Below, one piece after another: positions 9,326 through 18,155 of a stretch of DNA of 26,191 nt. The notes beneath the pieces are model-generated. The model searched no databases, had not been told where the DNA came from, and saw only the letters and a program-made list of their open reading frames with translations. This DNA is from a virus (Duplodnaviria; Caudoviricetes). The position numbers and the translations under genes were made by a program. The stretch's first letter is position 1. Each line of letters begins with the position of its first letter. The DNA is taken from positions 1 to 26,191 of IMG/VR virus record IMGVR_UViG_3300024251_000111; one strand, 5' to 3'.

Positions 9326-9790
9326 ATGCCTACGAGCACGCTATTGCCCGGCAAAGAGATTAACCCCAGCCAAGTAAGCCTCGGCGCGGGGGGCGCGGGC
9401 CCCTATATCAACACAGGTGGAGGGGGATCGAAGGTAGTCGGGCCGGAGACTGTAAGGGCGACCGGCGGCGGTAGTGGTGACGCCCAGTGGCGTCAGAACC
9501 TTGCTACGTTTAGCGGGGGACAGTTCGCCCGCCCCGGTGGATCGCTCAATTTCAATCCCCTTAGCAACAACCCTTTCGGCGGCGCTCCCACCGGCGGAGG
9601 CAACGCCCCCCAGATGGGAATGCCCTCCACCCTATTGCAGATGGCCCTCGGCGGGCAGCCCTTCTCATGGAACCAGCCCAAGCCTCCCACCGCCTCACCA
9701 ACGCCCTCGGGTGCATCCACCATGAATAGTCCTAACGATTGGCTCTCCCAGTACATGAGCCAAGGCAATAACTTCGGGAACGTATACTAA
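9326..9790 (+). CDS. Gly/Pro-rich putative internal virion protein
   Basis: Low complexity, follows the nozzle, TAATG-coupled to the next gene. Confidence 0.5.
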   Translation: MPTSTLLPGKEINPSQVSLGAGGAGPYINTGGGGSKVVGPETVRATGGGSGDAQWRQNLATFSGGQFARPGGSLNFNPLSNNPFGGAPTGGGNAPQMGMPSTLLQMALGGQPFSWNQPKPPTASPTPSGASTMNSPNDWLSQYMSQGNNFGNVY

Positions 9791-10527
9791 TGAGTACACT
9801 ACCAAATCCTCTCCAAGGACAGAACGCCCAGAACCCTCTCGGCTGGGGGCCGCAAGCCAACCCTCAACAGGGCGGGGGCTCCCCCTTGGGCGTGACCTCT
9901 CCCTTCCAATCACCGGGCCCCACTATGGCACCGGGCGATAAGCAGACTCCCGGCAATCCCGCTGGCCTCGACAATCCCGACACCAACATCAAGGACGCAT
10001 GGCGCAACCAAGCGTACCTCAACACGATGCAGCAGCAGCAGAAGATGGGCCTCGCCAACAACTTCTCGACGGCCATGTTCGGCGCTGCCAACCCTGCGGC
10101 GCAATACTTTCAGCAACTCATGAACTTGGGGTCGCCCTACTACCAGCAGCGGCAACGCGCCTCCTTCGACCAAGGCGTTCAGCAGAACCAGAACGCCGCC
10201 GCCCAAGCACGCCAGCAACTCTCGGCGTCGGGCTACGGTTACACGCCATCAGGGACGACCGCCGCCACTATCGGGAACATGGCCCAACAGGACTCGCAGA
10301 ACTTGGAGCAAGCCTTTCTCCAAAACTTATTCCAGAACGAACAAATGCAACTCGCGGGTGGGCAAGGGCTGGGACAACTCGCCGCTCTGTTCAACCCCGC
10401 TCCCCTATTGAGCAACTATAGCTCCCCGCAATCCACTCAGGGCCCGACCGCCGCCTCGCAGTTCCAAGACATTCTAAGCGGCCTCGGCAACATCTTTAAT
10501 CCCGTAAACTTGCCGGGACAAGGGTAA
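9790..10527 (+). CDS. Gln/Ala-rich putative DNA ejection (pilot) protein
   Basis: Composition, QLSASGYG..SG motif and position typical of podoviral ejection proteins. Confidence 0.55.
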   Translation: MSTLPNPLQGQNAQNPLGWGPQANPQQGGGSPLGVTSPFQSPGPTMAPGDKQTPGNPAGLDNPDTNIKDAWRNQAYLNTMQQQQKMGLANNFSTAMFGAANPAAQYFQQLMNLGSPYYQQRQRASFDQGVQQNQNAAAQARQQLSASGYGYTPSGTTAATIGNMAQQDSQNLEQAFLQNLFQNEQMQLAGGQGLGQLAALFNPAPLLSNYSSPQSTQGPTAASQFQDILSGLGNIFNPVNLPGQG

Positions 10528-10532
10528 AGTAG

Positions 10533-11672
10533 ATGGCTGAAGACCTAATGCAATCTCAAGACCCGATGCAGCAGCAGTTCCCCGGTGGGGGTCCGCCTCC
10601 ATTCATGCAGGGCGCTATCAACCCCATGATGACCGGCGCTCCCCCTCAGTCAGGTGGAGTGCTACCTCCTGCTAATCCTGTGGATGCCGCACAGGGCCCT
10701 CAGCCCAGTGGCGACATGATGCACGATCCCCGAATGCAAGCCGCGTTAATCGGTGCCAGCCAAACCGCCGCGCAAGGACTACAGGGACGCGAGCAGGCCG
10801 CGATGGGTCCGCAGATGGGTGGCGGTCTGCCCGACCTCATCCGTCAACAGCAAGCGCAGTCGGGGGACCTCTCTACCCACCCTTCCTTCGTCCACGGGCA
10901 GGGCGCGGGCGGGTTCTTCCACAACCTCGGCCAAGCCCTACTCGCTCTCGGCCTTGCCACCAAGCCGGGCCAAGCGGTAGACGCAGCCGTCCACTCAAAG
11001 CAGCGCCAAGAGTACGCGGGGCGCTCCGAGGAAATTAAAGCACTACAGAAGCAACAGGAATTGACCCAGCAACCCGAAGGCGCTCTCAGCAACGCCCTCT
11101 ACCACGGCGCGAACATTGGCATCAACCAACAGAAGGCCGACACCGCCCAGCAACGGGCCGATACCTACGCTGAGGACGTAGCTGCCAAGTCCGCCGACCG
11201 CCTCGTCAAGGAGCAACAGGGCTGGGGCCGTCTCACCGTCGCCCAGCAGAAGCAGAAATTAACCGACTGGTATGAGCACGAGCGCGTCATGTTAGAGGGG
11301 CGCGGGCAGGACCTCGGCCTCACCAAGGCTGAGATAGCCGCCCAGACGGGCCGCTCCATTGCCGCCGCCATCCAAGGGAACTCCTACATCAAGGAGCACC
11401 CCATCCTCTACGGAGTGGCGCAAGCCATCCCCGGCCTGAAGGAATACCTCCCCGACATGCAGGCCCCCGAGGGCGCAGTCACAGATACAATGAAGCCGGG
11501 CCAGTCCCTCCCGAAGGGGAAAGCGGGCGCACCCTCTACACCTGAAGCGTCCCGCGCCGCCGGTAAGGGTGCGAGCGCAGCCCCCGCGCGTCCCGCGAAC
11601 GTCCCCCCTAACTACATCTACAAGAAGAACGGTCCCAAAGGTGAAGGTTGGTATCGACCGGGGAGCATGTAA
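10533..11672 (+). CDS. Putative internal virion/ejection protein
   Basis: Q/A/G-rich coiled coil with amphipathic GGFFHNLGQALLALGLA segment. Confidence 0.55.
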   Translation: MAEDLMQSQDPMQQQFPGGGPPPFMQGAINPMMTGAPPQSGGVLPPANPVDAAQGPQPSGDMMHDPRMQAALIGASQTAAQGLQGREQAAMGPQMGGGLPDLIRQQQAQSGDLSTHPSFVHGQGAGGFFHNLGQALLALGLATKPGQAVDAAVHSKQRQEYAGRSEEIKALQKQQELTQQPEGALSNALYHGANIGINQQKADTAQQRADTYAEDVAAKSADRLVKEQQGWGRLTVAQQKQKLTDWYEHERVMLEGRGQDLGLTKAEIAAQTGRSIAAAIQGNSYIKEHPILYGVAQAIPGLKEYLPDMQAPEGAVTDTMKPGQSLPKGKAGAPSTPEASRAAGKGASAAPARPANVPPNYIYKKNGPKGEGWYRPGSM

Positions 11673-13336
11673 TGCCCGAAGATACGCCCGACTTCATCCC
11701 GCACACCTCCGCTAGCACCGACACCCCTGACTTCATTCCCCATAGCTCAACCTCGGCGGGCGGCGACGCTTCAGGTACAAAGGGTGCGCTCGGTAAGGGT
11801 GCAATCGCCTCCCAACCCACAGCTAAACAACTTGGATATGACCCCCTCAGTTCCCATGCTGGGGGCATGGCGCGTGAATTTGGATTGGGTGCGCTGTCTG
11901 GTGCGACGGGCCTAGGGGAGCACGTCAATCCCCTCGAAGGCGCGAAGGGTTCAATGGAGGGCGACCTCGGCTATCAGATAGGTCAGCACATCACCGGCGA
12001 CCCCAACGCCCCCGGCTACCTCGACATGGTGAAGCAGCACAATCCCTTCTCCCAAGCCATCGGGACAGCACAAGGGTTGTACGGGGCGGGCAAGGAAATC
12101 GCGACCGCACCGGATGTAGAGGGAATAGCGCACGGTGCTGGATCATTCATGGGACAGTTGGCGCAATTGTCTATGTTCATGAAGCAGGGGCGGGTCCCAT
12201 CGACTGAAGCTACAGCGGCGGCTCGTGCTATCGAGCGGCACGTCGCAATCAATGAGGGGCAGGTGAAGGTGGCGAATGGAATGGTTAAAGCCCCGCTCGC
12301 GATGCTCGATGCGAAAGTCAACGCCGAAATTGGCAAGCACGTGGATGCGGTCCTGCAAGCGGATGAGTTGCACAATAAGATTACCAACAACCCTGCCGGT
12401 TATGTTAATGCGGTGGACGCAGCGGGCGAAGCAGCTAAAGCCTCCGACAAGATTGGCGGCGAGTTCGCTCCCCGCGTAGGCAAGCTGATCGAGAGGGCCA
12501 GCACTGGCCCCATGACTATGCGCGATGCGAAGGCCCTCACCACCGACGTAGGTAGGGAGCAGGCGAGTATGTCTCGTAGCGGCAAGTCCCGCGAAGCCGC
12601 CGTTCTCACTCAGCTATACGATAGCCTTCATGAGGCCACCGCCAGTCGCGCGGATGACCTCGGCAGCGCCTATGCGAAGTCGTGGCAGCACTACATCGAC
12701 GAGACGCGGAGCTACAAGGATATGCAAGGGGGGCTGTTGGGGAAGCTGACAAGCGAACCAAATCATGCGAAGGTGTTGGATCACTTGAACAACCCCGACA
12801 ACGCAATCGAAGCCAAGGAAATTGTAAAGAAGATGAAGCAGTACAACGTGGACCCCAAGCCCTTCACGAAGGCACAGGAAATCTCCACCGACCTCAAGAA
12901 CGCGAGCGACCAAGTGAAGGGTGTATTTCAGGGGAAGATTAGGGCAATTATGAAGTACCCGATGGCCGCCGGGACCGGCGCGGCGGGCGCGTCCCTCGTC
13001 GCCCACGCTTCCAAGATTCCCGGCATGGGATTCGTCCTCCCCCTCATCGTCGCCGCTAAGATCGGTGGAATGCTCGATAACGCCGCCATGAAGGGCATCC
13101 TCAACGACATAAATAAGCGCGTGCCCCCCGAGATGGGTCAAGTCCACGAACCCGGTGCGGGACCGATGCCCGCCCCTTCTACCCCCTCACCTGAGGGTAT
13201 CACCCCACCGGGTCCCCCAAAGGAAGCCACCCCCGGCGAAGTCGATGACATGGCCGCCGCCCAACAGGGCGAGGACGACCGACAGGCGATGGCCCGTAAG
13301 CTATCCCGTACTCGCAAGTCGAAAGGTAAGCCATGA
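11672..13336 (+). CDS. Large putative ejection protein
   Basis: TAATG-coupled start with GGGAG; Ala/Gly helical; hydrophobic C-terminal stretch. Confidence 0.55.
   Translation: MPEDTPDFIPHTSASTDTPDFIPHSSTSAGGDASGTKGALGKGAIASQPTAKQLGYDPLSSHAGGMAREFGLGALSGATGLGEHVNPLEGAKGSMEGDLGYQIGQHITGDPNAPGYLDMVKQHNPFSQAIGTAQGLYGAGKEIATAPDVEGIAHGAGSFMGQLAQLSMFMKQGRVPSTEATAAARAIERHVAINEGQVKVANGMVKAPLAMLDAKVNAEIGKHVDAVLQADELHNKITNNPAGYVNAVDAAGEAAKASDKIGGEFAPRVGKLIERASTGPMTMRDAKALTTDVGREQASMSRSGKSREAAVLTQLYDSLHEATASRADDLGSAYAKSWQHYIDETRSYKDMQGGLLGKLTSEPNHAKVLDHLNNPDNAIEAKEIVKKMKQYNVDPKPFTKAQEISTDLKNASDQVKGVFQGKIRAIMKYPMAAGTGAAGASLVAHASKIPGMGFVLPLIVAAKIGGMLDNAAMKGILNDINKRVPPEMGQVHEPGAGPMPAPSTPSPEGITPPGPPKEATPGEVDDMAAAQQGEDDRQAMARKLSRTRKSKGKP
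11681..11743 (+). repeat. Tandem coding repeat DTPDFIPH x2 (39-bp period)
   Basis: gatacgcccgacttcatcccgcac / gacacccctgacttcattccccat. Confidence 0.85.
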
Positions 13337-13839
13337 TTCTCTTTGTGCTGCCCGCCGCCACCATCTACGACAAACAGGACCGCGTGATGGGCTGGAAGTC
13401 CACGCCCCCGTCCCGCGACGCCATGCGCGAACTCAAGCATCTCGTTCCCCGCCTCCGCGAGCTAGGCACCACGAAAATTATCGCCTGCGACCTACTTTCC
13501 GATTCGGGAAAACTCCTCGCCCGCCGTTTAAACGTACCCTATGAGGAGTGGTCATCCCTCCGCCGCTTCAACGTAGGACGCCATCACGGCGCACCCGCCC
13601 CTAAATTCAACGAGCTATACCAGAAGATGCTTGCGGTGTGGACTGAGAAGCCCGACGTGCCGGTGAAGGGTGGCGATAGCCTGACCTCTTTCAACAAGAG
13701 AATGTCAGCGAGCGCTGACAAACTATCAAAGTCAGCGAACGATGACATTGTGGTAGTGGTGGCCGACCCGAAGGTAGTCCAGACGTTAGCTAAGACAGGC
13801 GCGACGCTTGAACGAAATCGGGTGTACCAGTATGGCTAA
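13333..13839 (+). CDS. Histidine-phosphatase (phosphoglycerate mutase) fold protein lacking catalytic residues
   Basis: Colinear family pattern (..GW.S.P, I..CDL, LR..N.G...G, P.GG.SL...R, VVVV) but RHG->PAA and HG->DP. Confidence 0.7.
   Translation: MILFVLPAATIYDKQDRVMGWKSTPPSRDAMRELKHLVPRLRELGTTKIIACDLLSDSGKLLARRLNVPYEEWSSLRRFNVGRHHGAPAPKFNELYQKMLAVWTEKPDVPVKGGDSLTSFNKRMSASADKLSKSANDDIVVVVADPKVVQTLAKTGATLERNRVYQYG
13523..13534. repeat. GTTTAAAC-core motif copy 2
   Basis: GCCGTTTAAACG. Confidence 0.8.
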
Positions 13840-14473
13840 CAAATTAAGGCCTTATAACCAACGCCCCTTCGACGACGCCCTCGGCTCCCAGACCAACGAG
13901 TTCCTCGACTGGGTGAACTCTGCACTCAACCAACTCATCGGCCAAGTGAGCGCCCCGCCGACTACTGGGCAAGGAGCGCTGTTCCCCAACACGATCAACC
14001 CGACCACCAACACTATCCAAGCGTTAGGGGGGCGCGTTACGTCACTGGCAACGGGCTTCACCTACACCGCCGACAACTCCGCCGCCATCAATCTCTATTG
14101 GGACGGGACCAACTCATCCCAACTCCTTCGCATCTACCGCGACGACGGCACCGTCTCGGGACCCTTCTCGGGAAACGCTTTCATCACTGGCCTGCTCCCG
14201 GCGACCACCTACTTCTTCTACCCCTACTTCGACGAGGCGGCACAGGTGGTCAAGTTCGTCTCACAGGAGGGGGCAGTCGGGGACCCACCTATCGCATACC
14301 TCGCCACGGCCCCCCTATTAGCTCAGGCACAGTTCCTACGTGGACGAATCCCCCTCGCGACCAATCTCAGCGGCGTCGGCATACTGACCCCAGCCGGTGC
14401 TCCAACGACCCCGACCCTTGCCGGTGGTGGAGGTGGTGGAGGCGGAGTGTACTATGGGAGATACCTACCGTGA
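13832..14473 (+). CDS. Virion-associated protein with FN3-like segment
   Basis: N-terminal helix followed by ITGLLPATTYFFY FN3-like motif; poly-G tail. Confidence 0.55.
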   Translation: MANKLRPYNQRPFDDALGSQTNEFLDWVNSALNQLIGQVSAPPTTGQGALFPNTINPTTNTIQALGGRVTSLATGFTYTADNSAAINLYWDGTNSSQLLRIYRDDGTVSGPFSGNAFITGLLPATTYFFYPYFDEAAQVVKFVSQEGAVGDPPIAYLATAPLLAQAQFLRGRIPLATNLSGVGILTPAGAPTTPTLAGGGGGGGGVYYGRYLP

Positions 14474-14694
14474 TAGTGCCCGACATCTCAAACTTCATCG
14501 CTTCGATCCTAAACTCCGCCATCATCCTAGGCGTGGCGTTCAAGGGCATCCGCGCCCTCAATCGCCTAATGTCTATCCTCCAAGATTACCCACCCCACAG
14601 ACACGTCAATGGAAAGATACTTTTCCCGAAGGACTTCGAGCCAACTCGGATAGAAGCACTCGCGGGAGACGCCAATGGACGAGGGAATACGTGA
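14470..14694 (+). CDS. Single-TM membrane protein (lysis-associated, holin/antiholin-like)
   Basis: GGGAG RBS, GTGA coupling; FIASILNSAIILGVAF hydrophobic helix; the 3' part of track ORF 14098..14694. Confidence 0.65.
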   Translation: MIVPDISNFIASILNSAIILGVAFKGIRALNRLMSILQDYPPHRHVNGKILFPKDFEPTRIEALAGDANGRGNT

Positions 14695-14938
14695 GGGATG
14701 GTTGGTGATGGTGCGGTGGAAGGGGGGCGAGTACGCCCTACGCACCGTCATGTTCGCCGCGACAGCAGAGGAAGCTATTCAATATGAGAAGGGTCAGGGG
14801 TGGTGTGTTCATGGGTGGGAGTGGTCTGCGGTAAGGGTGGCCGTGCTGGACGGTAAAATTTCACAGTCCCAAGGTCCCCACCTTCCACCAACTCCACGGG
14901 ACCCCACGCCGCCGGTGGCGAAGTCAGCGGCAGGCTGA
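14675..14938 (+). CDS. Hypothetical protein
   Basis: GGGAG RBS; A.TAEEAI motif common in small phage proteins; 3' part overlaps the hydrolase antisense. Confidence 0.5.
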   Translation: MDEGIREGWLVMVRWKGGEYALRTVMFAATAEEAIQYEKGQGWCVHGWEWSAVRVAVLDGKISQSQGPHLPPTPRDPTPPVAKSAAG

Positions 14939-15251
14939 AGTAGTACACCGCATCCGTTTGCACCGGGATGGTCCCATCTGTTAAAGCATCTACTTCCCTC
15001 GCGATAGCTGCAAAGACAGCTTCCCCATCGACCGGCCACCGCGTCAGGTTGGCGTCGCCTATTCCACTCATCGAGGTGAATTGCCACCGCTTCGTGACCA
15101 CGCTTACTATGTCGTGCCCCCACCACCCACCGATGCGCGCGCGGTTGAGGATGACCCATATGCACATCCTCCAAGCACGGGGAGTGTTGGACATCTCGCG
15201 CCACACGGTAAGCGCAAGCATGAACTTGGCATATTGACTTAGTTCGCCCAT
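14775..15251 (-). CDS. SleB/Hydrolase_2-like cell wall hydrolase (candidate endolysin)
   Basis: LALTVWRE (catalytic Glu), VILNR, I.SVV...QF, A.YY and KFY motifs. Confidence 0.85.
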   Translation of the reverse strand: MGELSQYAKFMLALTVWREMSNTPRAWRMCIWVILNRARIGGWWGHDIVSVVTKRWQFTSMSGIGDANLTRWPVDGEAVFAAIAREVDALTDGTIPVQTDAVYYFSLPLTSPPAAWGPVELVEGGDLGTVKFYRPARPPLPQTTPTHEHTTPDPSHIE

Positions 15252-15261
15252 TTGTTAGCCT
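15234..15261 (+). promoter_or_regulatory. Putative promoter for the holin gene
   Basis: TTGACT-N16-TAGCCT with extended -10 TG, immediately upstream of AAGGAGGT RBS. Confidence 0.4.
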
Positions 15262-15276
15262 ATAAAGGAGGTCCTC

Positions 15277-15465
15277 ATGAAAAACGTCACTAAAATCGTC
15301 GCAGGCGTAATCGCCGCGCTTACCGCGTTGCTACAGGTTCCCGTCATCTCAACCGCCGTCATCAACTTCTTCGGTTCGCATCCGACTATCTCTTCCTTGC
15401 TTGGCGGGCTGACTGCCGTGATCGCGCTGCTCCACCAGCCGGACTCGCAACCGCCTGCGAAGTAA
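15277..15465 (+). CDS. Putative holin (2 TM)
   Basis: 62 aa, two hydrophobic helices, strong AAGGAGGT RBS, adjacent to the hydrolase. Confidence 0.65.
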   Translation: MKNVTKIVAGVIAALTALLQVPVISTAVINFFGSHPTISSLLGGLTAVIALLHQPDSQPPAK

Positions 15466-15670
15466 CGTAGCAGTCCTTTGAAATCTTGGTAACCTGTCCC
15501 GCGTCGATCAACTTCCTCACCACCTTATACGCCCGGCTGGGCGTCATGCCATACCTCTCCGTCATGTCCCGCATGGTGAACGAGTTCACTGGTATCTCAT
15601 AGGGCTTCATTAGTACGTCCATCTCCCGCAACGTCGCGTCCTTATCCCTTATACACTTTGCCGCCATCAC
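15386..15670 (-). CDS. Winged-helix/HTH DNA-binding protein
   Basis: FTMRDMTERYGMTPSRAYKVVRKLIDAGQVTK. Confidence 0.65.
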   Translation of the reverse strand: MMAAKCIRDKDATLREMDVLMKPYEIPVNSFTMRDMTERYGMTPSRAYKVVRKLIDAGQVTKISKDCYVTSQAVASPAGGAARSRQSARQARKR

Positions 15671-16050
15671 ATCTGCTCCTTGTGGGGACAGACGCCATAA
15701 AAACTCTTTGCCATGTTACAGTTGTGACAAAGGGTCTGATACCCCGGTGGAAAATTATTCTGTATTAGCCACTTGTAAAACGCTGTCCCTGTTCTTTTAA
15801 TTTCTCTGCGATGCTTCGACCCGCCACCCGCTATATGGTCGATGCTGAGAAACTTCTCAATGCTTTCACCGCAACACTTACATTCTGTTCCATAAGCTGC
15901 AAGACAGCGCCTACGGTCGCGTAGGCGATAGCCCTTTTGTAGTACATTGTAGCGTTTACGGTAAGCCTTCCGGTGTTCTTTGTAGGAAGCCGTATGCTTA
16001 TTAGCTTGATACCACGTATAAACGCGTTTGCGATTTTCTTCAGGAGTCAT
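15667..16050 (-). CDS. HNH endonuclease
   Basis: CKCCG..LSIDHI...QTLCHNCN..K; basic N-terminus; AT-richer than flanks. Confidence 0.85.
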   Translation of the reverse strand: MTPEENRKRVYTWYQANKHTASYKEHRKAYRKRYNVLQKGYRLRDRRRCLAAYGTECKCCGESIEKFLSIDHIAGGGSKHRREIKRTGTAFYKWLIQNNFPPGYQTLCHNCNMAKSFYGVCPHKEQM

Positions 16051-16796
16051 CCCTTATACACCCGCCCTCCATACGCCGCCTCCCCCTCATTCACCACGAT
16101 TGGATAATTATTAAAGTGCCCGCCCCGGTAGAGCTCCGTCACCGTGAACCCATTCACCCACGCATTCGGCCTGCCCTCTAGATACCTAGGATTCACATTG
16201 CCAAGGATGGGGTTGCATTGGGCTACCCATTTCTGCCGGAAGTCGCTACTCAACACTTTGGTAAAAGTTTGGAGGGCGTGGAAGTGGCCGTAGTTCACGT
16301 TGGTGCAATAGACCTCGACGGCTTTCTTCGCGTGGTGCATCCCGCTCAGCCCCTCCCCGTGTATCCAACTCATCTTCCCCCGCTTGTAGATGCCGCCCAA
16401 CGGGATCACTTGCCATCCTCTATTCTCAAGGTCGAGATTGATGGGGCGCTGTAACCTACCCAATAGCTCAGGATGCTCCTGCTCGTACTCCTGCTCCCAA
16501 TAGTCATGATTACCTGTAATCCATACCAGTTTGGCATCAAGATATAACTCTCGTGTGATTGGCTTGAGCACCTGCTGATCGAACGCAGCCTCGTCCATTG
16601 CGAACTGTCCCGTTGGTCTAAACTGAGGTTTCCCCTTGGTGTGGTGAGAGATACACTCGTTATTGAATTGGTCGCCCCCGAACACGAACCCATGAACGCG
16701 GTTGCGCTTGAGGAACGCCATCATCGCATGAAACGTAGGCCAATGCACATCTGGATAGTGAAGGTCGAACGCGGATACCCACAGTTCACTCTTCAA
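16047..16796 (-). CDS. Calcineurin-like metallophosphoesterase
   Basis: DLH, GGDQFN, GNHD, HG and GHFH motifs. Confidence 0.9.
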   Translation of the reverse strand: MKSELWVSAFDLHYPDVHWPTFHAMMAFLKRNRVHGFVFGGDQFNNECISHHTKGKPQFRPTGQFAMDEAAFDQQVLKPITRELYLDAKLVWITGNHDYWEQEYEQEHPELLGRLQRPINLDLENRGWQVIPLGGIYKRGKMSWIHGEGLSGMHHAKKAVEVYCTNVNYGHFHALQTFTKVLSSDFRQKWVAQCNPILGNVNPRYLEGRPNAWVNGFTVTELYRGGHFNNYPIVVNEGEAAYGGRVYKG

Positions 16797-17011
16797 AGGG
16801 TGGCCTCCCCAATTTTAGTGACGTAGCGTTCACTTAGTTGTACGTCATGTGGAACAGGGAAACGATGATGGAAGTACCAAGCAGAGTTAGTCTGCACAAT
16901 CCAATTTAGTTTGGCTACTTCGGGATGGTCAATAACAACAATAGCAATACCATCAGACTCGGGCTTACCTGCAAAGTGCGTCTCCATGATGTCCCCCCGC
17001 TTGAACATCAC
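16793..17011 (-). CDS. Small KOW/SH3-like protein
   Basis: FKRGDIM...IAIV; coupled on both sides. Confidence 0.6.
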   Translation of the reverse strand: MMFKRGDIMETHFAGKPESDGIAIVVIDHPEVAKLNWIVQTNSAWYFHHRFPVPHDVQLSERYVTKIGEATL

Positions 17012-17343
17012 TTGCCCCCCGCAATAGTCACCTGTCCCTTATCTTGCGCCTTCTGTACTTCCTCCACCACAGCCGGTGGCAGCGACAGCACCAGCGACTT
17101 CCCCTGTGGTGACCTCAGCAACACTCCCGTTATCGCAACACTCGCCGCAACCATCCCCGACCCCAGCGCCTTTAACCAAAACACTCCCGCAACGAGGAGA
17201 GCGCCGTCGGTCCCGAGGAACGCTATCACCCCCGAGTACGCCGTGGACACGATGAGCCGTATCCACGCCTGAAACTCCCGGTCGCGCTTCCATACGCCCC
17301 AGAGGTTGACGAGAGCGGAACCGAGGTCAACGATTATTGGCAC
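17008..17343 (-). CDS. Membrane protein (2-3 TM, holin-like)
   Basis: Long hydrophobic stretches, GTG start with GAGG. Confidence 0.65.
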   Translation of the reverse strand: MPIIVDLGSALVNLWGVWKRDREFQAWIRLIVSTAYSGVIAFLGTDGALLVAGVFWLKALGSGMVAASVAITGVLLRSPQGKSLVLSLPPAVVEEVQKAQDKGQVTIAGGK

Positions 17344-17515
17344 GCTTCTCTACCTCTCTCATACCATTGCGCCCCATGAACGCGAGGTCTGTATCGGTGC
17401 GGACGTTGCACATCCCCCCGCACTTGGGGCATCGGATGTAGTCATGCCCGTAGAAGATGCGCCCGCACAATATACAACATGAATTAGCTTTCTCGTGGAG
17501 TCGTATGTCTTTCAT
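17327..17515 (-). CDS. Zinc-ribbon protein
   Basis: CILCG...CPKCGG. Confidence 0.65.
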   Translation of the reverse strand: MKDIRLHEKANSCCILCGRIFYGHDYIRCPKCGGMCNVRTDTDLAFMGRNGMREVEKRANNR

Positions 17516-17892
17516 TTCCGTCCCTCTTTCTCTGCTTCTCCCTGCGGTGGGGCTGCGCTGGCGAGAATTAACTTAATGATAGTTTGCATACGTTCAGTGA
17601 GAACTTTACGCTCAGGTCCACCCCAATCTCCTAATTCTCCATTTACGATTTCTGCCGCCTTCTCAGCCATTGCCTGCTGGCCGCGCTGGAAGGCTGCTTG
17701 CAAGTCAGCTTCGTCAACGTATTGCGTCAGCGGCTCTCCGCTCTCCGGTTGCGCTTTCCCCTGTGGCTGCAACAACTGCTTGATCTTCTCCATTTGTGCG
17801 TCAAAGATTGCGTCCTGTTCCTCTGTTGTGCCATTGGGCCAGAAAACATCCATTATCTCGCGTGCCAAATCATCTAGTGGCTCATCGCTCAT
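17512..17892 (-). CDS. Hypothetical protein
   Basis: ATGA-coupled, GGAG RBS. Confidence 0.7.
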   Translation of the reverse strand: MSDEPLDDLAREIMDVFWPNGTTEEQDAIFDAQMEKIKQLLQPQGKAQPESGEPLTQYVDEADLQAAFQRGQQAMAEKAAEIVNGELGDWGGPERKVLTERMQTIIKLILASAAPPQGEAEKEGRK

Positions 17893-18155
17893 CGCTGTTC
17901 TCCCTTGGCTTGGCGCTCGGCCCTCCGCTCGGCCAGTCGTTTAACATGTAATTCATGTTGGCAATCCATCCACTTATCTGACCATTGCGATTCTTCATGA
18001 ATGACCTGTAGAGAATCGACTTCTTGTTGATGCAATCTTTGTTGCCATTGGTCAACGATTTGCTCTTGGTGGCGATGCTCTTTCCAGCATCCAGCGTAGA
18101 AACCAACCGTTAGTAAAATTGCTGGCCAAACAAACCACTGTAACCATTCCTTCAT
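17889..18155 (-). CDS. Small membrane-anchored coiled-coil protein
   Basis: N-terminal TM (FVWPAILLTVGFYAG) then Gln-rich helix. Confidence 0.6.
   Translation of the reverse strand: MKEWLQWFVWPAILLTVGFYAGCWKEHRHQEQIVDQWQQRLHQQEVDSLQVIHEESQWSDKWMDCQHELHVKRLAERRAERQAKGEQR

Noticed and set aside
133-13544. Numerous minus-strand and alternate-frame ORFs within the structural module (e.g. 133..489, 7116..7559, 12614..13147)
   Set aside because: Shadow ORFs of GC-rich genes with no RBS or recognisable motifs
14098-14469. 5' extension of track ORF 14098..14694
   Set aside because: It overlaps the 13832..14473 gene; the GTG at 14470 has an RBS and stop-start coupling
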